A DNA stretch of 64,000 bases from Deltaproteobacteria bacterium. GTDB taxonomy: Bacteria > Desulfobacterota > Binatia > UBA12015. Below, piece by piece: positions 1 to 9,765 of the stretch; positions within the stretch are counted from its first letter, which is position 1; every line of letters starts with the position of its first letter. The translations under genes and the position numbers were made by a program. Where the stretch lies: positions 24,162 through 88,161 of the forward strand of contig JAYGCM010000017.1 in the NCBI GenBank assembly GCA_046583355.1. Direction: 5' to 3'. Under the pieces are notes generated by a model. That model had not been told where the DNA came from, ran no database searches, and was given only the letters and a program-made list of their open reading frames with translations.

Positions 1-345
1 AACAAGGTGGCGCCGCCCTTCCGCGAGGCCGAGTTTGATATCCTCTACGGCAAGGGCATCTCTCGGGTGGGCGAAATCGTCGACCTTGGCGTCGAGGATG
101 GCTTGGTCGAGAAATCCGGCTCCTGGTATTCCTACGACGGCGAGCGCATTGGCCAGGGCCGCGAGAACGCCAAGGAGTTCCTGCACGACAACCCGGAGAT
201 CGCGCAGAAGATCGAGGCCGCGGTTTGCGAAAGTCGTGGAATTCCGTCGCCCAACACCGAGGCCATGGCGGCCACCGCTAGTGCTGCGTCTGAGATCGCA
301 TCCGACCCCAAGCCGGTGAAGGCCGGAAAGGGCCGGCGCAAATAG
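1..345 (+). CDS. recA: RecA recombinase, C-terminal part (5' truncated by window edge)
   Basis: [21 protein letters not shown]...[21 protein letters not shown] is the RecA C-terminal signature. Confidence 0.97.
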   Translation, partial: NKVAPPFREAEFDILYGKGISRVGEIVDLGVEDGLVEKSGSWYSYDGERIGQGRENAKEFLHDNPEIAQKIEAAVCESRGIPSPNTEAMAATASAASEIASDPKPVKAGKGRRK

Positions 346-372
346 GCCAAGGCCTCCAGCACAGAGGGCGCC

Positions 373-410
373 AACGCGGGGTTTCGAGTTTTCGGAACCC
401 CGCGTTTTTG
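373..410 (+). terminator. Rho-independent terminator after recA
   Basis: Stem AACGCGGGGTTTCGA / TCGGAACCCCGCGTT followed by T-run. Confidence 0.85.
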
Positions 411-508
411 TTGGTGCGGGCCGGTTCCTCAAGGATTTCGCCATAATGGTCGATGATGCAGGGGAGGGAAGGGGGCCCGGGGTGCACCGCGCATTCGCAG
501 CGCCCCGA

Positions 509-1768
509 ATGGGTATGCGGCAAATCGATGAAATTCTCGGCTGGGCACTCGAGCGCGATGCGTCCGATATTCACCTGAAAATCGGCTCTCCGCCGCTGTT
601 GCGCCGCTACGGCATTCTTGCACCAGAGGGGAAATTCGCCCCGCTCTCGGCAGAGGACCTGAAAGATATCCTCTGCCAATTGGCCGACGAGACGCAGCGT
701 GCGCGCCTGGTCGCCGAGCGCCAGCTCGATCTCGGCTACGGCAATGAGGTGCTGGGCCGTTTTCGCGTCAATGTCTACTATCAGCGAGGCGAGCTTCGCG
801 TGGCAATGCGGGCGATCCCGAATAAGGTTCGGACGTTGGAGGAGTTGTATCTCCCCGAAATCGTGACGCGGTTGGCGACGGAGTCGCGTGGGCTCATCCT
901 CGTGACCGGGACGACGGGTTCGGGCAAATCAACTTCGCTCGCCTCGATGATCGACCGGAAAAACCAGACCGATCCGCTCCATATCATCACGGTCGAAGAC
1001 CCGATCGAGTATCTGCATACCGACAATAAATCCATGATCAGCCAGCGCGAGGTTGGTGTGGATGTGACCGATTTCGGCGCCGGCCTGAAGGGCGCTTTGC
1101 GCCAGGACCCCGACGTGATTCTGATCGGCGAGATGCGCGATCTTGAGACCATTGAGACGGCTATCGTCTCGGCTGAGACCGGCCATCTGGTCCTCAGTAC
1201 TCTCCATACACTGGATGCGCCCGAGACTGTGACGCGCATCATTCAGGCCTTCCCCGGCCATCAGCGTGACCAGATCCGCATTGTTCTCTCGTCGGTCCTC
1301 AAGGGCATCATCAGCCAGCGCCTGGTGCGCCGCGCTGATGGCAAGGGCCTCGTGCCTGCCGTCGAGGTGATGATCAATACAGCGCTTGTCCAGGACATCA
1401 TCAAAGACCCGACGCGCAGCCCGCGCGAGCTCACCGACGCGATTGCCAAGGGGCATGTGAACTACGGCACGCAGACCTTCGACCAATCGCTGATGAGCCT
1501 CTACCGCCAGGAGCTCATCACCTACGAAGAGGCGCTGCGGCAGGCGACGAAACCCGACGATTTCGCCTTGCAGGTACGCGGCATCAGCTCGACCTCCGAC
1601 TCCCAATGGGCCGATTTCGACACCCCGGGCGACCAAGGTGCCAAGGACGAATCAACCGCTGGGGCGGACCGCGGCGCGGCTGCGTTCGGTTCGCGTAAAG
1701 CGAGCCGCAACGCAGGCCATATTGAGCCTTCGAAGGTCCCGCCGGCGCGTCTCGTCAAGCGCTTCTAG
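509..1768 (+). CDS. pilT: PilT/PilU-family type IV pilus retraction ATPase
   Basis: ASDIHL, Walker A GTTGSGKST, TVEDPIE, ALRQDPDVILIGEMRD, AETGHLVLSTLHT. Start at 509 or 515 is more likely than 446. The AIRNLIRE motif is degenerate (LVQDIIKD), so it may be a paralog. Confidence 0.9.
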   Translation: MGMRQIDEILGWALERDASDIHLKIGSPPLLRRYGILAPEGKFAPLSAEDLKDILCQLADETQRARLVAERQLDLGYGNEVLGRFRVNVYYQRGELRVAMRAIPNKVRTLEELYLPEIVTRLATESRGLILVTGTTGSGKSTSLASMIDRKNQTDPLHIITVEDPIEYLHTDNKSMISQREVGVDVTDFGAGLKGALRQDPDVILIGEMRDLETIETAIVSAETGHLVLSTLHTLDAPETVTRIIQAFPGHQRDQIRIVLSSVLKGIISQRLVRRADGKGLVPAVEVMINTALVQDIIKDPTRSPRELTDAIAKGHVNYGTQTFDQSLMSLYRQELITYEEALRQATKPDDFALQVRGISSTSDSQWADFDTPGDQGAKDESTAGADRGAAAFGSRKASRNAGHIEPSKVPPARLVKRF

Positions 1769-1953
1769 AGTTTCGTCAAACGCTTCTGGAATCATTCCGA
1801 AGCGGGCTGCTTTGGCGAAGCCGTGCGCAAGGCCTGGCCCGAACGCAGAAAGGGCGCGGTGGCTGCTGCCGCCGCGCCCTCTCCGATTGTATTCTCCACG
1901 CGCCGTATCCGCGGGCGCAATGCCCTGCGGTGGTCCGGCCGAGAGCTTTGCCT

Positions 1954-2697
1954 CTAGAACGTCAGACGTCCGCCGAAGTTCACCGCGATCGCGTCAAAAT
2001 CTGCAAGCGTCGAGGTTGGCATCAGGTAGGCGGCTTCGGCGAAGAGACCGAAGGTATCGGTTACGGCGAAGTCGACACCGCCGGCAACCCGGCCCATGAA
2101 GACGACAGGGTCGCTGCTCACCGACTGGCGTTGCTGGGCGATGGTGCCCTCATCGTCAGGTCCCGAGATCTCGGCGATCTGCAGCCGGTTGCCATACATG
2201 AAGCCGACGCCACCGCTGACATAGGGCTCGAAGCGGCCGAGCGGCAGGATCGCCTTCAGGTTGAGGGCGAAGTCGATCGTCCAGAGCGTGTCCTGCACCG
2301 TGTTCTGCTCGCCGGGAGCGATGGGTGAGGGGAAGCTGACGTCGGAGGTGTAGCTGTCGGCGTATTCCAGAACGCCTTCGGCTGCGAGGTAATCACAGAA
2401 CCGATAACCGCCGCGAAGATTGAAGCCCCAGCTGTCGTCGAAACTGGCGGCCGGCTGGCCGATGGCCACCATGCTCGTCGCGCCCGCGTCGAAGTTCTCG
2501 AAGAAATGCGACATCCCGATGGCGATGAAGGGGCCGGATCTATCAGGCTTGGCTGCCTCTATCACAGGCGTCGCAACCGGCGGTGCTTCCTCGCCGACGA
2601 TAATGGCTTCGGCAACGACCTCATCGGCATTGGCGGGTACGGCAAGACCGACCAACAATGTGGTGGCAAGCGTGGCTCTCAGGATTCCTCTCAGCAT
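1954..2697 (-). CDS. Outer-membrane beta-barrel protein (OmpA-like transmembrane/porin family)
   Basis: Signal peptide (MLRGILRATLATTLLVGLAVPANA), GFNLRGGYRF, EPYVSGGVG, terminal Phe. GAGGAG RBS upstream of ATG 2697. Confidence 0.75.
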   Translation of the reverse strand: MLRGILRATLATTLLVGLAVPANADEVVAEAIIVGEEAPPVATPVIEAAKPDRSGPFIAIGMSHFFENFDAGATSMVAIGQPAASFDDSWGFNLRGGYRFCDYLAAEGVLEYADSYTSDVSFPSPIAPGEQNTVQDTLWTIDFALNLKAILPLGRFEPYVSGGVGFMYGNRLQIAEISGPDDEGTIAQQRQSVSSDPVVFMGRVAGGVDFAVTDTFGLFAEAAYLMPTSTLADFDAIAVNFGGRLTF

Positions 2698-2986
2698 TTG
2701 TATGACCCTCCTCAAGGTGTTTTGCGCATGCAGAAATGCTCGCCAACAAACGCGAGCTACTGCGATCGTGTACCAGAAAAAAAGCTCGCAAAGCAAAGGG
2801 TGGCTCGACGGACCTGGCGGGAATGCCTGGCTGGGCCAAACAGCATCGCAGGTACTCCTGTTTTATTCCCGTGGGAATTTGCTGTGCGGAACCACTGGCA
2901 TCCGCTGCGCGGGAGATTACGATGCGGCGTAGGCCTCGGGTGGCTGGCCACGGGCCGGCGGCGGGGCGCGCGGAAAACAAGAAGCG

Positions 2987-4177
2987 ATGTTTGAAGATCT
3001 GAAATCTGCTCCCCCCGATGCGATCCTCGGTTTGAGTGAGGGCTTCCGCGCCGACCCGCGCGAGGCCAAGGTGAACCTCACGGTCGGCGTCTACCAGGAC
3101 GAGGCCGGCCAGACGCCAGTGCTCGCGACCGTCCGCGAGGCTGCCTTGGATCTGCTGGAAGCGGAAAAAACCAAGCAATATCTGCCGATTCCCGGAAGGC
3201 CGGAGCTGGGACTCCATATTCGGGAGCTGCTCTTCGGGGCAGGCGATGAGCTTGTTAGCGGCGGCCGCGCCGTCACGGCGCAGACTCCGGGCGGCACGGG
3301 TGCGCTACGCATCGCGGGTGATTTCCTGTGCAAATCTTCGTCGCCGACCCTCTGGCTATCCGCACCCACCTGGCCGAACCACCCCGCGGTATTCGCCGCG
3401 GCGGGACTCGAAACCCGCACCTATCCATATTTCTCTGCCGCTACCGGGGAACTCGATCGCGAAGCCTTTCTCAATGCTCTGCGTGAGGTGCCGGCTGGCG
3501 ATGTGGTCGTCCTGCACGGCTGTTGCCATAACCCCACCGGCGTCGATCCGGATTTCGAAACCTGGCAAGAGATCGCTGGCATTGCTGCCGAACGTGGCTG
3601 GTTGCCGCTGGTCGATCTGGCCTATCAGGGCTTTGGTGAGGGCATCGAGGAGGATGTCCGCGGCCTGCGCGAGTTGGCCGCGCGCGTACCTGAGTTGCTC
3701 GTTTGTAGCTCGTTCTCGAAGACTTTCGGTCTCTACCGCGAGCGAATCGGTGCCCTGACGCTGGTCGCGCAGACCCCCGGGCAGGCATCGGCGGTGCTCA
3801 GCCAGCTCAAAGTCGTCATCCGCACAAGTTACTCCAACCCACCGGCGCACGGCGGCGAGATCGTCTCGCTGGTGCTCGGCGATGCCGAGCGACGCGCGCG
3901 CTGGCAGGTGGAACTCGAGACGATGCGCGCGCGCATCCACGGCATGCGTGTCGGCTTGGCCGACGCCTTGACGGCCGCGGGTGCCTCGAGAGATTTCTCC
4001 TTCCTGGCTCATCAGAAAGGCATGTTCTCCCTGCTCGGAATCTCGAAGGCGCAGGTCGATGCGCTGCGCGACGATCACGCCATTTATCTGGTCGGTAGCG
4101 GCCGGATCAACGTCGCCGGCCTCACGCCTGCGAACCTCGAAGCGGTTGCCCGCGCCCTGGTCTCGACCGGCGCTTGA
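2987..4177 (+). CDS. aspC: Aspartate/aromatic amino acid aminotransferase (class I, PLP)
   Basis: KVNLTVGVY, QTPGGTGALR, HGCCHNPTG, DLAYQGFG, SFSKTFGLYRERIG. Confidence 0.92.
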   Translation: MFEDLKSAPPDAILGLSEGFRADPREAKVNLTVGVYQDEAGQTPVLATVREAALDLLEAEKTKQYLPIPGRPELGLHIRELLFGAGDELVSGGRAVTAQTPGGTGALRIAGDFLCKSSSPTLWLSAPTWPNHPAVFAAAGLETRTYPYFSAATGELDREAFLNALREVPAGDVVVLHGCCHNPTGVDPDFETWQEIAGIAAERGWLPLVDLAYQGFGEGIEEDVRGLRELAARVPELLVCSSFSKTFGLYRERIGALTLVAQTPGQASAVLSQLKVVIRTSYSNPPAHGGEIVSLVLGDAERRARWQVELETMRARIHGMRVGLADALTAAGASRDFSFLAHQKGMFSLLGISKAQVDALRDDHAIYLVGSGRINVAGLTPANLEAVARALVSTGA

Positions 4178-4193
4178 GGCGGTCGCTCGCGGC

Positions 4194-6317
4194 CTATTGC
4201 CCGCCGAAGGGCGTTGTCGTGACGGGTAGGGATATCATCAGCTCGCGGTTCGGGCTCAGGTCGGCGAGCCAGCCGCGGCCCTCCTGAACGAGTCCGATCT
4301 CGAGGATATGTTCGCCGGCTTGTGGCGGGAAGGCGCCGACGCTGGCGGGTAATGTCTCGCCCGGCTGGAGGTCGGCCGCTAGCGGGGCGGCGGCGTCGTT
4401 GTATTGGATCTCGTCGCCGCCGCCGATGCGCCACCGCGTCTGCAAGGCGAGGCGTCCGTTGGTCTGGCTGGTCAGGCCGGGCCAGGGGAGCTCGCCGTGG
4501 TTGTGGAGGGAGACTTTAATCCATTGCTGGACGCCGGCACGGAGGTGAATGGGTAGCTCGAGACGTAGCTCGGCGCGTAGTGCGCTGGTGTCCAGCGCAT
4601 CGAGCGGGATGTCGCCGAGTGTCCGGCCCTGGCGCTCGCCGGCAAGCTCGGCGCGCAGGCGTTCGGTCGCCTCGCCGCATTTCCGGGTGACTTCAAAAAG
4701 AGTGCTGCGCGGGAACGATTGTGCCCGGCGCAGAGGCAGGCCTTCGGCGTGTTGCCAGCGTGCGCGGGTCGCCGGGTCCAGACCCGTGTGGAGCAGAATC
4801 CACCGCAGGTCGGTGATCGCACAGAGGTCGGCGAAGGCGCGCGCATCAGGCAAGCGGGTTGCGAGAGTGGCGATGAGGCCACTGCTCGCCGGTGGGTGGC
4901 CGGTGTAGCCGTTGAGAATGGGCAGCCAATGTCGCGTCGAGCCGAGCATCGCACGTCCTGTGGCGCGCAGGGCACCGGGTTCCATCACGTTGCGGTGCAT
5001 CGGCAACTCGAGCAACGCGCCTTTTTCGCCGTGCTCGGCAAGCCAGAAATAAGGGTCGTTCTCGGCTGGATGTGCCGGTACCGGGTGGATCTTCCAGCCG
5101 CCCGCGGGGCGGCGTTCGGCGACCACGAAGATGGCCAGAAGGGCGAGCAGAATCGGGCCGCCGATGCGTGCCGATCTCGGCACCCGGCGCTGCGCCAAGG
5201 TGAGCAGGTCGGCGACGCCGCAGCCTGCGAGCAGCGCAGTGGCGAGAATCGGTAGGACGAAAAAGCGCACCGGACCACGGATGCTGGCAAATCCGGGTAC
5301 GACCGTGCCGAAGAGATCGTAGAGCGCGGGCAGTTGGACTCCGGCGCTGAGTGCAAAGCCCAGCGCGCCGCCGGCCAGCAGGGAAAGTCGCAGCCGTCGC
5401 GGTGGCGCAGAGCGGCCCATCAGACCGACTGCCGCGAGGCCGATACCGAGCGGGCCCAGTTGCTCAAGCAGGCGGGCCGCGAGTGCGCTCGCGGTGGGCG
5501 ACATCGCGCCAAGAATGACGGCCAAGGCGGCGGGATCGATACCACCGCCCAGGCCATGTTCCAGGTAGGGCAGCCCAACCGGAATAGCGGCGAGTCCGGC
5601 TGTGGCGATCGCGAGGAAGCAGGGCAGCGGGCTGCGGACGTGGCGGCGGGCCTCCAGAGCCAGCCCGGGCGCCAACGCGAGCAGCCAGAAGGCGAGCGCG
5701 TAGGCCACGTAAATTCCTGCCAGAATCTGCACGGATACCGCCAGCAGCAGGGCGGCCAATATCTTCCATCGGGGTGCCGCAGCCGCACTCCATGCAAGCA
5801 TGGTAATCAGCGGCAGGAGCGAGACGGCTGCCCAATGCACCCGGATCCAATTATCCCCCGCGATCTGCGGCGCGAAACCGAAGAGCAATCCGGCCAGAAG
5901 TGCGGGGCCGGCCAGCCCTGTCCAGCGGCGCAGGGCAAGAAAGGTGGTGAAGGCCGAGAGCCAGGCGAGTATCAGGAGTGCGCCGTTCTGCGCCAGCACC
6001 GCGTTGCCGGTCAGCAAAAATAGCGGCGCGGTGAGGGGTTGCAGGCCGAGGAGGTTCTCGGATCCCGCCAGTATATTGGTGGCGGGGTGAAAGAGGTTGC
6101 CGGCGAAGAGTGTCGAGGGAGCCGTGCTGAGGGCATGCGTTCCCCAGGCAAGGATCCACGCCGTCAGGTCAAAATCCGCGCGCGCCCACGAGTCGGCTGC
6201 CGCGGGGGCAGATGCGACCATGCCGTGCCCCATCATCAGGGGCAGGGGCCAGGCGAGGAGCAGCGCAACCCCCGCGAAGACAATCGCGGCACCCGGCGTA
6301 ATGAGGAATCGTCGCAT
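4194..6317 (-). CDS. Polytopic membrane protein, probable GT-C/YfhO-like glycosyltransferase
   Basis: Many TM helices, 'GNLFHP...GSENL', 'PGFASIRGPVRF', 'PILNGYTG', C-terminal Ig-like region. Confidence 0.55.
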   Translation of the reverse strand: MRRFLITPGAAIVFAGVALLLAWPLPLMMGHGMVASAPAAADSWARADFDLTAWILAWGTHALSTAPSTLFAGNLFHPATNILAGSENLLGLQPLTAPLFLLTGNAVLAQNGALLILAWLSAFTTFLALRRWTGLAGPALLAGLLFGFAPQIAGDNWIRVHWAAVSLLPLITMLAWSAAAAPRWKILAALLLAVSVQILAGIYVAYALAFWLLALAPGLALEARRHVRSPLPCFLAIATAGLAAIPVGLPYLEHGLGGGIDPAALAVILGAMSPTASALAARLLEQLGPLGIGLAAVGLMGRSAPPRRLRLSLLAGGALGFALSAGVQLPALYDLFGTVVPGFASIRGPVRFFVLPILATALLAGCGVADLLTLAQRRVPRSARIGGPILLALLAIFVVAERRPAGGWKIHPVPAHPAENDPYFWLAEHGEKGALLELPMHRNVMEPGALRATGRAMLGSTRHWLPILNGYTGHPPASSGLIATLATRLPDARAFADLCAITDLRWILLHTGLDPATRARWQHAEGLPLRRAQSFPRSTLFEVTRKCGEATERLRAELAGERQGRTLGDIPLDALDTSALRAELRLELPIHLRAGVQQWIKVSLHNHGELPWPGLTSQTNGRLALQTRWRIGGGDEIQYNDAAAPLAADLQPGETLPASVGAFPPQAGEHILEIGLVQEGRGWLADLSPNRELMISLPVTTTPFGGQ

Positions 6318-6563
6318 GGCAGAACCGTCGGAAGCCTACTCGCTGCCCACCCCCGCGCCAAGCGGGGGGCCTTGCGCCGCTCGGCTTGCAGGGGCCGTGT
6401 CCGGAGGGATCAGGCCCCGCCGCCAGTCGACGTGAGGGAGCGGTTCGGCATTTTCGGGCTTATGCGCGAGGCCCTGGGCCACGTGGATGACCCCGCAGTT
6501 CGCGAGGAAGCGCGCGGTTTCATGGCCCAGGAGGGCCAGCATTACCGCGCGCATCGGCGCTAG
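6316..6563 (+). pseudogene. Remnant of a ferritin-like 'metal-dependent hydrolase' gene (PF10118-type)
   Basis: IRPRR (6409) in one frame, then ERFGIFGLMREALGHVDDPAVREEARGFMAQEGQHYRAHRR* (6438-6563) in another. Resembles the ERFFI..R....DP.L......F..QE..H...H motif. Confidence 0.6.
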
Positions 6564-6566
6564 CGT

Positions 6567-7214
6567 TCATCGGCGGGCGTGGATTTCGTCGCGGAAGGCC
6601 AGTACCTTGTCGACGTAGCGACGGGTCTCGGGGAAGGGCGGAACGGCGCCATGGGCCAGAACGGCGGTGGGGCCCGCGTTGTAGGCGGCGAGTGCCAGTC
6701 GGGTATTGCCCGCGAAGAGGTCGAGCATGCGCCGTAGGTAGGCCACGCCGCCTTGCAGGTTCTGCTCGGCGATGAAAGGATTCTTGACGCCAACCTCGCG
6801 GGCGGTATCGGGCATGAGTTGCATCAGCCCTTGGGCGCCCTTGCGTGAGACCGCGAAGCGGTCGAAGCCGGACTCGGCGCGCACCACGGCGTGCACCAGC
6901 GCGGGGTCGATTTTCGCCTGGCTGGCGATGCGCTGGATCAGACGCTCGAGTACCGGGTCGGCTGCGCTGGCCGGGCTGGATCGTGTTCGCCCGGCCCAAT
7001 GCAGCGCCGTTGCCGGAGCGTGGCGGCCGAGTTCATACCCTTTACCGCCCCGCGCATTGTTGAATTTCCAGCAGACCGGAACGCAATCCGAAATCCCCGT
7101 GCAGTCGGTGCATAGCACTTGCTCGGCTGGAGCCGGCGCGGCGAAGGTGAGCAGGCCCACGCTCAGGAGGCCGGCGAGGCCGTAGCGCAGGAAGATGGAG
7201 GGGCAGGCAAACAC
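6567..7214 (-). CDS. Lytic transglycosylase (SLT domain), secreted
   Basis: VRAESGF, AVSRKGAQGLMQLMP, ALAAYNAGP, ETRRYV; signal peptide. Confidence 0.92.
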   Translation of the reverse strand: MFACPSIFLRYGLAGLLSVGLLTFAAPAPAEQVLCTDCTGISDCVPVCWKFNNARGGKGYELGRHAPATALHWAGRTRSSPASAADPVLERLIQRIASQAKIDPALVHAVVRAESGFDRFAVSRKGAQGLMQLMPDTAREVGVKNPFIAEQNLQGGVAYLRRMLDLFAGNTRLALAAYNAGPTAVLAHGAVPPFPETRRYVDKVLAFRDEIHARR

Positions 7215-7450
7215 GGGGTACCGTGAATATGACTGTTTTCGCGTCGGCCGTAAATAGGTAGAAACCCGGATTCAGCACAGGTGGTCTCGGTAGGGGAGGC
7301 GGGCATCGCCCCGCCAGCGAGTGCGGCCCGGCGAGGCGGTAGCCCTCGCCTGCGGGCGAATTCGCAGCGATGGAAGTCGGGCGGACGTCAGAAATCGAGG
7401 AAACGATCCTCGGCAACAACGGATCCGGGCAGCAGGACAATCGTACCTAA

Positions 7451-7478
7451 TTGACTTAAATCGTAAACGGGGTATGTT
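7451..7478 (+). promoter_or_regulatory. Putative sigma70 promoter of the lipoprotein/PDZ/TBDR/TetR operon
   Basis: TTGACT-16 nt-TATGTT in an AT-rich patch; AATCGTA repeated at 7439 and 7459. Confidence 0.5.
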
Positions 7479-7512
7479 CCGTTTTATGTCGATAGCGGGG
7501 AGATTCCGGAGA

Positions 7513-9765
7513 ATGCGAGTTGGTCTGATGTGTTTGGCAGTCGTAGTGCTGGCTGGCGGGTGTTCCCTGCGGCAAGGCCTCAAGCCCGTTCCCCCGGCGG
7601 CGCCGACCTCGATCTCGGATCGGGGAGTACAGGAGCATGGCAAGGTCTGGCCGCGCAGCATTGACTCGGCCTATATGGGAACCTGGGGCGACAACCGCAA
7701 TTCAGGTTCTACGCTGGTGACCAGCTTTGAGAGGCGACGGATTGCCGGCCAGAGCCAATACCTGAGTTGGACCGAACCCGACTCACCGCCCATCTCTGCT
7801 TTGCTGACCAACGGCAGCACCGAGGCGCCCAACGGTCTCATCATTGCGGTCTCGCCGCGCGGGGGGGGCACCTCGACCGTCGTGGCGCTGGACCTGAAGG
7901 GTAAGGTCGTCTGGCGCACCGATGAGTGGTCCAGCGAGGATAGCGACGGCGACGGCGTCGCGGACCTGGCCGGTATCGGCACTGCGGTGGCATCGAGCGC
8001 GGGGATCCAGGCACCGATGGTCGACGAAGAGGGCGGCCTTTATGTCGCAGACAATTACGGAATATGGAAACTCGACCAGGACACCGGCGCACGGATCTGG
8101 TTCTCGCGTTTTGCGGATTATAGCGGCAACACACTCGCCTCCAACGACCTCCGCCTTCTCAATGAGGGCGAGGATGGTCTCGTCGGTAATGTCTTCGCCT
8201 CGGGCTGGCATATCTGGCTCGATCGTCGCGATGGCACGCCGGTCGTGGTCAAAGAGCCCGACCCATTCTCGGCGAGCGATTGTCCCGTGCTCTCCCGGAT
8301 GTTCATGGCGATCAGTGGCGGCGAGTTGGATAAATCAGGCGAACTCGACCGGCTGGTCTGCCTTGCCTACGGCGCCAACAATACGACGCCGCAGCCCAAT
8401 AACCTGGCCGTCCGTCCGGCGATCCCCGGCCTCTCGGAGCGGGCGCGCTATATCTTCACCTACGCCGGCCCGGTCGGATCGCCCGCCAAGGCGCGACTCA
8501 TTGCCTATGATTTCACCTACGACGAGCAGGAAGGGTGGGGCATCGAGAAGGCCTGGGAGCAGGTCATTCACAACAAAACCGGTGCCTCGCCGACCTTGTC
8601 GCCGGACTATCGGGTCGTGAACGGTTCGGATATCTCCGGCGGCGTTAATTTCACCGATGTCGAGACCGGAGAAGCGTTGCCGGACCCCGGCATTGTCGAC
8701 TTCAACAGCTTCGGCTCCCCTGGAAATACGATTGACGGCCTCTATTGCGACCTCTGGACGATCACCTGCGTCTCGCCCGACGGCAAGACCGTTCGCCGGG
8801 CTGACCATTCCGTGCTGGAGGCGATTGCCGCGGAAGCATTGCCCGACGATATGGAATCGCATTGGATCCCCTTTCTCTGGGGAACCGTGCCCGACGCAGA
8901 CCTCATCGGCGGTGCGATTCTGGACCCCGCGCGATGGACCTTCACGGCGACTGTCGGCTATCCATATTTTCTCGGCGATATACTTGGCTCACAAGTACGC
9001 TTGGGGTCGCTCACCCCGACCGGCATGGTTCCGGTCACCTTCGATGCGAAGACCGGCGAGCTCATGCCGGGCCAGGAATTCGGACCGGAGCTGGTGCAGC
9101 CCGGCGTCTCGCAGGCCAACGCGATGATCACGACGACCGGGCGCTACGTCGTGCAGAAGGCGGAGCTGCTCACGCTCTTCTACTATTACCTCTTTCAGGG
9201 CAACTATAATTTCTTCAACACCAACGATGTCGCGACCGACGATGTGAGCCAGGAGGAGCTCGCCGAGATCCGCGATATGGGCAGGATGCTGAACTATTTC
9301 GGTCTGGCTGGCGAAATCGGGCCTGAAGGTGTCGTGCCCGATGCGTGGAAGGTGCCACAGCCGATGTCGGGACTCACGATCTACGAGCCGATTTCGATGC
9401 AGGAGAGTGCGCACAATCAGGTCGAGATGGACGTTGGTCTGGTTGAGTTTGCGCTTGAAAACCTCTGTGTGACCAGGGGTTGTGAGATCGAAGAGGCCGC
9501 CGCGCGTCTGGGCTATGCGGCCTGGAATCTGGACAAGGCGTTCCGCAAACAAATCACCGAGGCAGCCATGCTGGGCGAGCTCGATGCGACGGACGCCGAC
9601 GAGTTTTCGCGTTCCGCAATGGCGGCCGCGACCCAATGCCGAGAGGCTCGCGGGCATTTGCTCAAGCGTCAGCCGGAGCTTCCCGATGCACTCGCTTTGG
9701 ACGCCGCCCGGGCGGCGTCGGCGGCTTGTCTCCAGACCCTCGCGAAACTGAGTGCCGACCTATGA
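7513..9765 (+). CDS. Large lipoprotein, probable beta-propeller (PQQ-like) domain
   Basis: Lipobox VVLAGG-C; repeats such as VVALDLKGKVVW and IWKLDQDTGARIW; DSDGDGVAD Ca-binding-like motif. Start 7486 or 7513. Confidence 0.6.
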   Translation: MRVGLMCLAVVVLAGGCSLRQGLKPVPPAAPTSISDRGVQEHGKVWPRSIDSAYMGTWGDNRNSGSTLVTSFERRRIAGQSQYLSWTEPDSPPISALLTNGSTEAPNGLIIAVSPRGGGTSTVVALDLKGKVVWRTDEWSSEDSDGDGVADLAGIGTAVASSAGIQAPMVDEEGGLYVADNYGIWKLDQDTGARIWFSRFADYSGNTLASNDLRLLNEGEDGLVGNVFASGWHIWLDRRDGTPVVVKEPDPFSASDCPVLSRMFMAISGGELDKSGELDRLVCLAYGANNTTPQPNNLAVRPAIPGLSERARYIFTYAGPVGSPAKARLIAYDFTYDEQEGWGIEKAWEQVIHNKTGASPTLSPDYRVVNGSDISGGVNFTDVETGEALPDPGIVDFNSFGSPGNTIDGLYCDLWTITCVSPDGKTVRRADHSVLEAIAAEALPDDMESHWIPFLWGTVPDADLIGGAILDPARWTFTATVGYPYFLGDILGSQVRLGSLTPTGMVPVTFDAKTGELMPGQEFGPELVQPGVSQANAMITTTGRYVVQKAELLTLFYYYLFQGNYNFFNTNDVATDDVSQEELAEIRDMGRMLNYFGLAGEIGPEGVVPDAWKVPQPMSGLTIYEPISMQESAHNQVEMDVGLVEFALENLCVTRGCEIEEAAARLGYAAWNLDKAFRKQITEAAMLGELDATDADEFSRSAMAAATQCREARGHLLKRQPELPDALALDAARAASAACLQTLAKLSADL

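Noticed and set aside
6336..6554. 72-aa minus-strand ORF between the SLT and membrane protein genes
   Set aside because: No recognisable motif; the opposite strand carries a recognisable hydrolase remnant.
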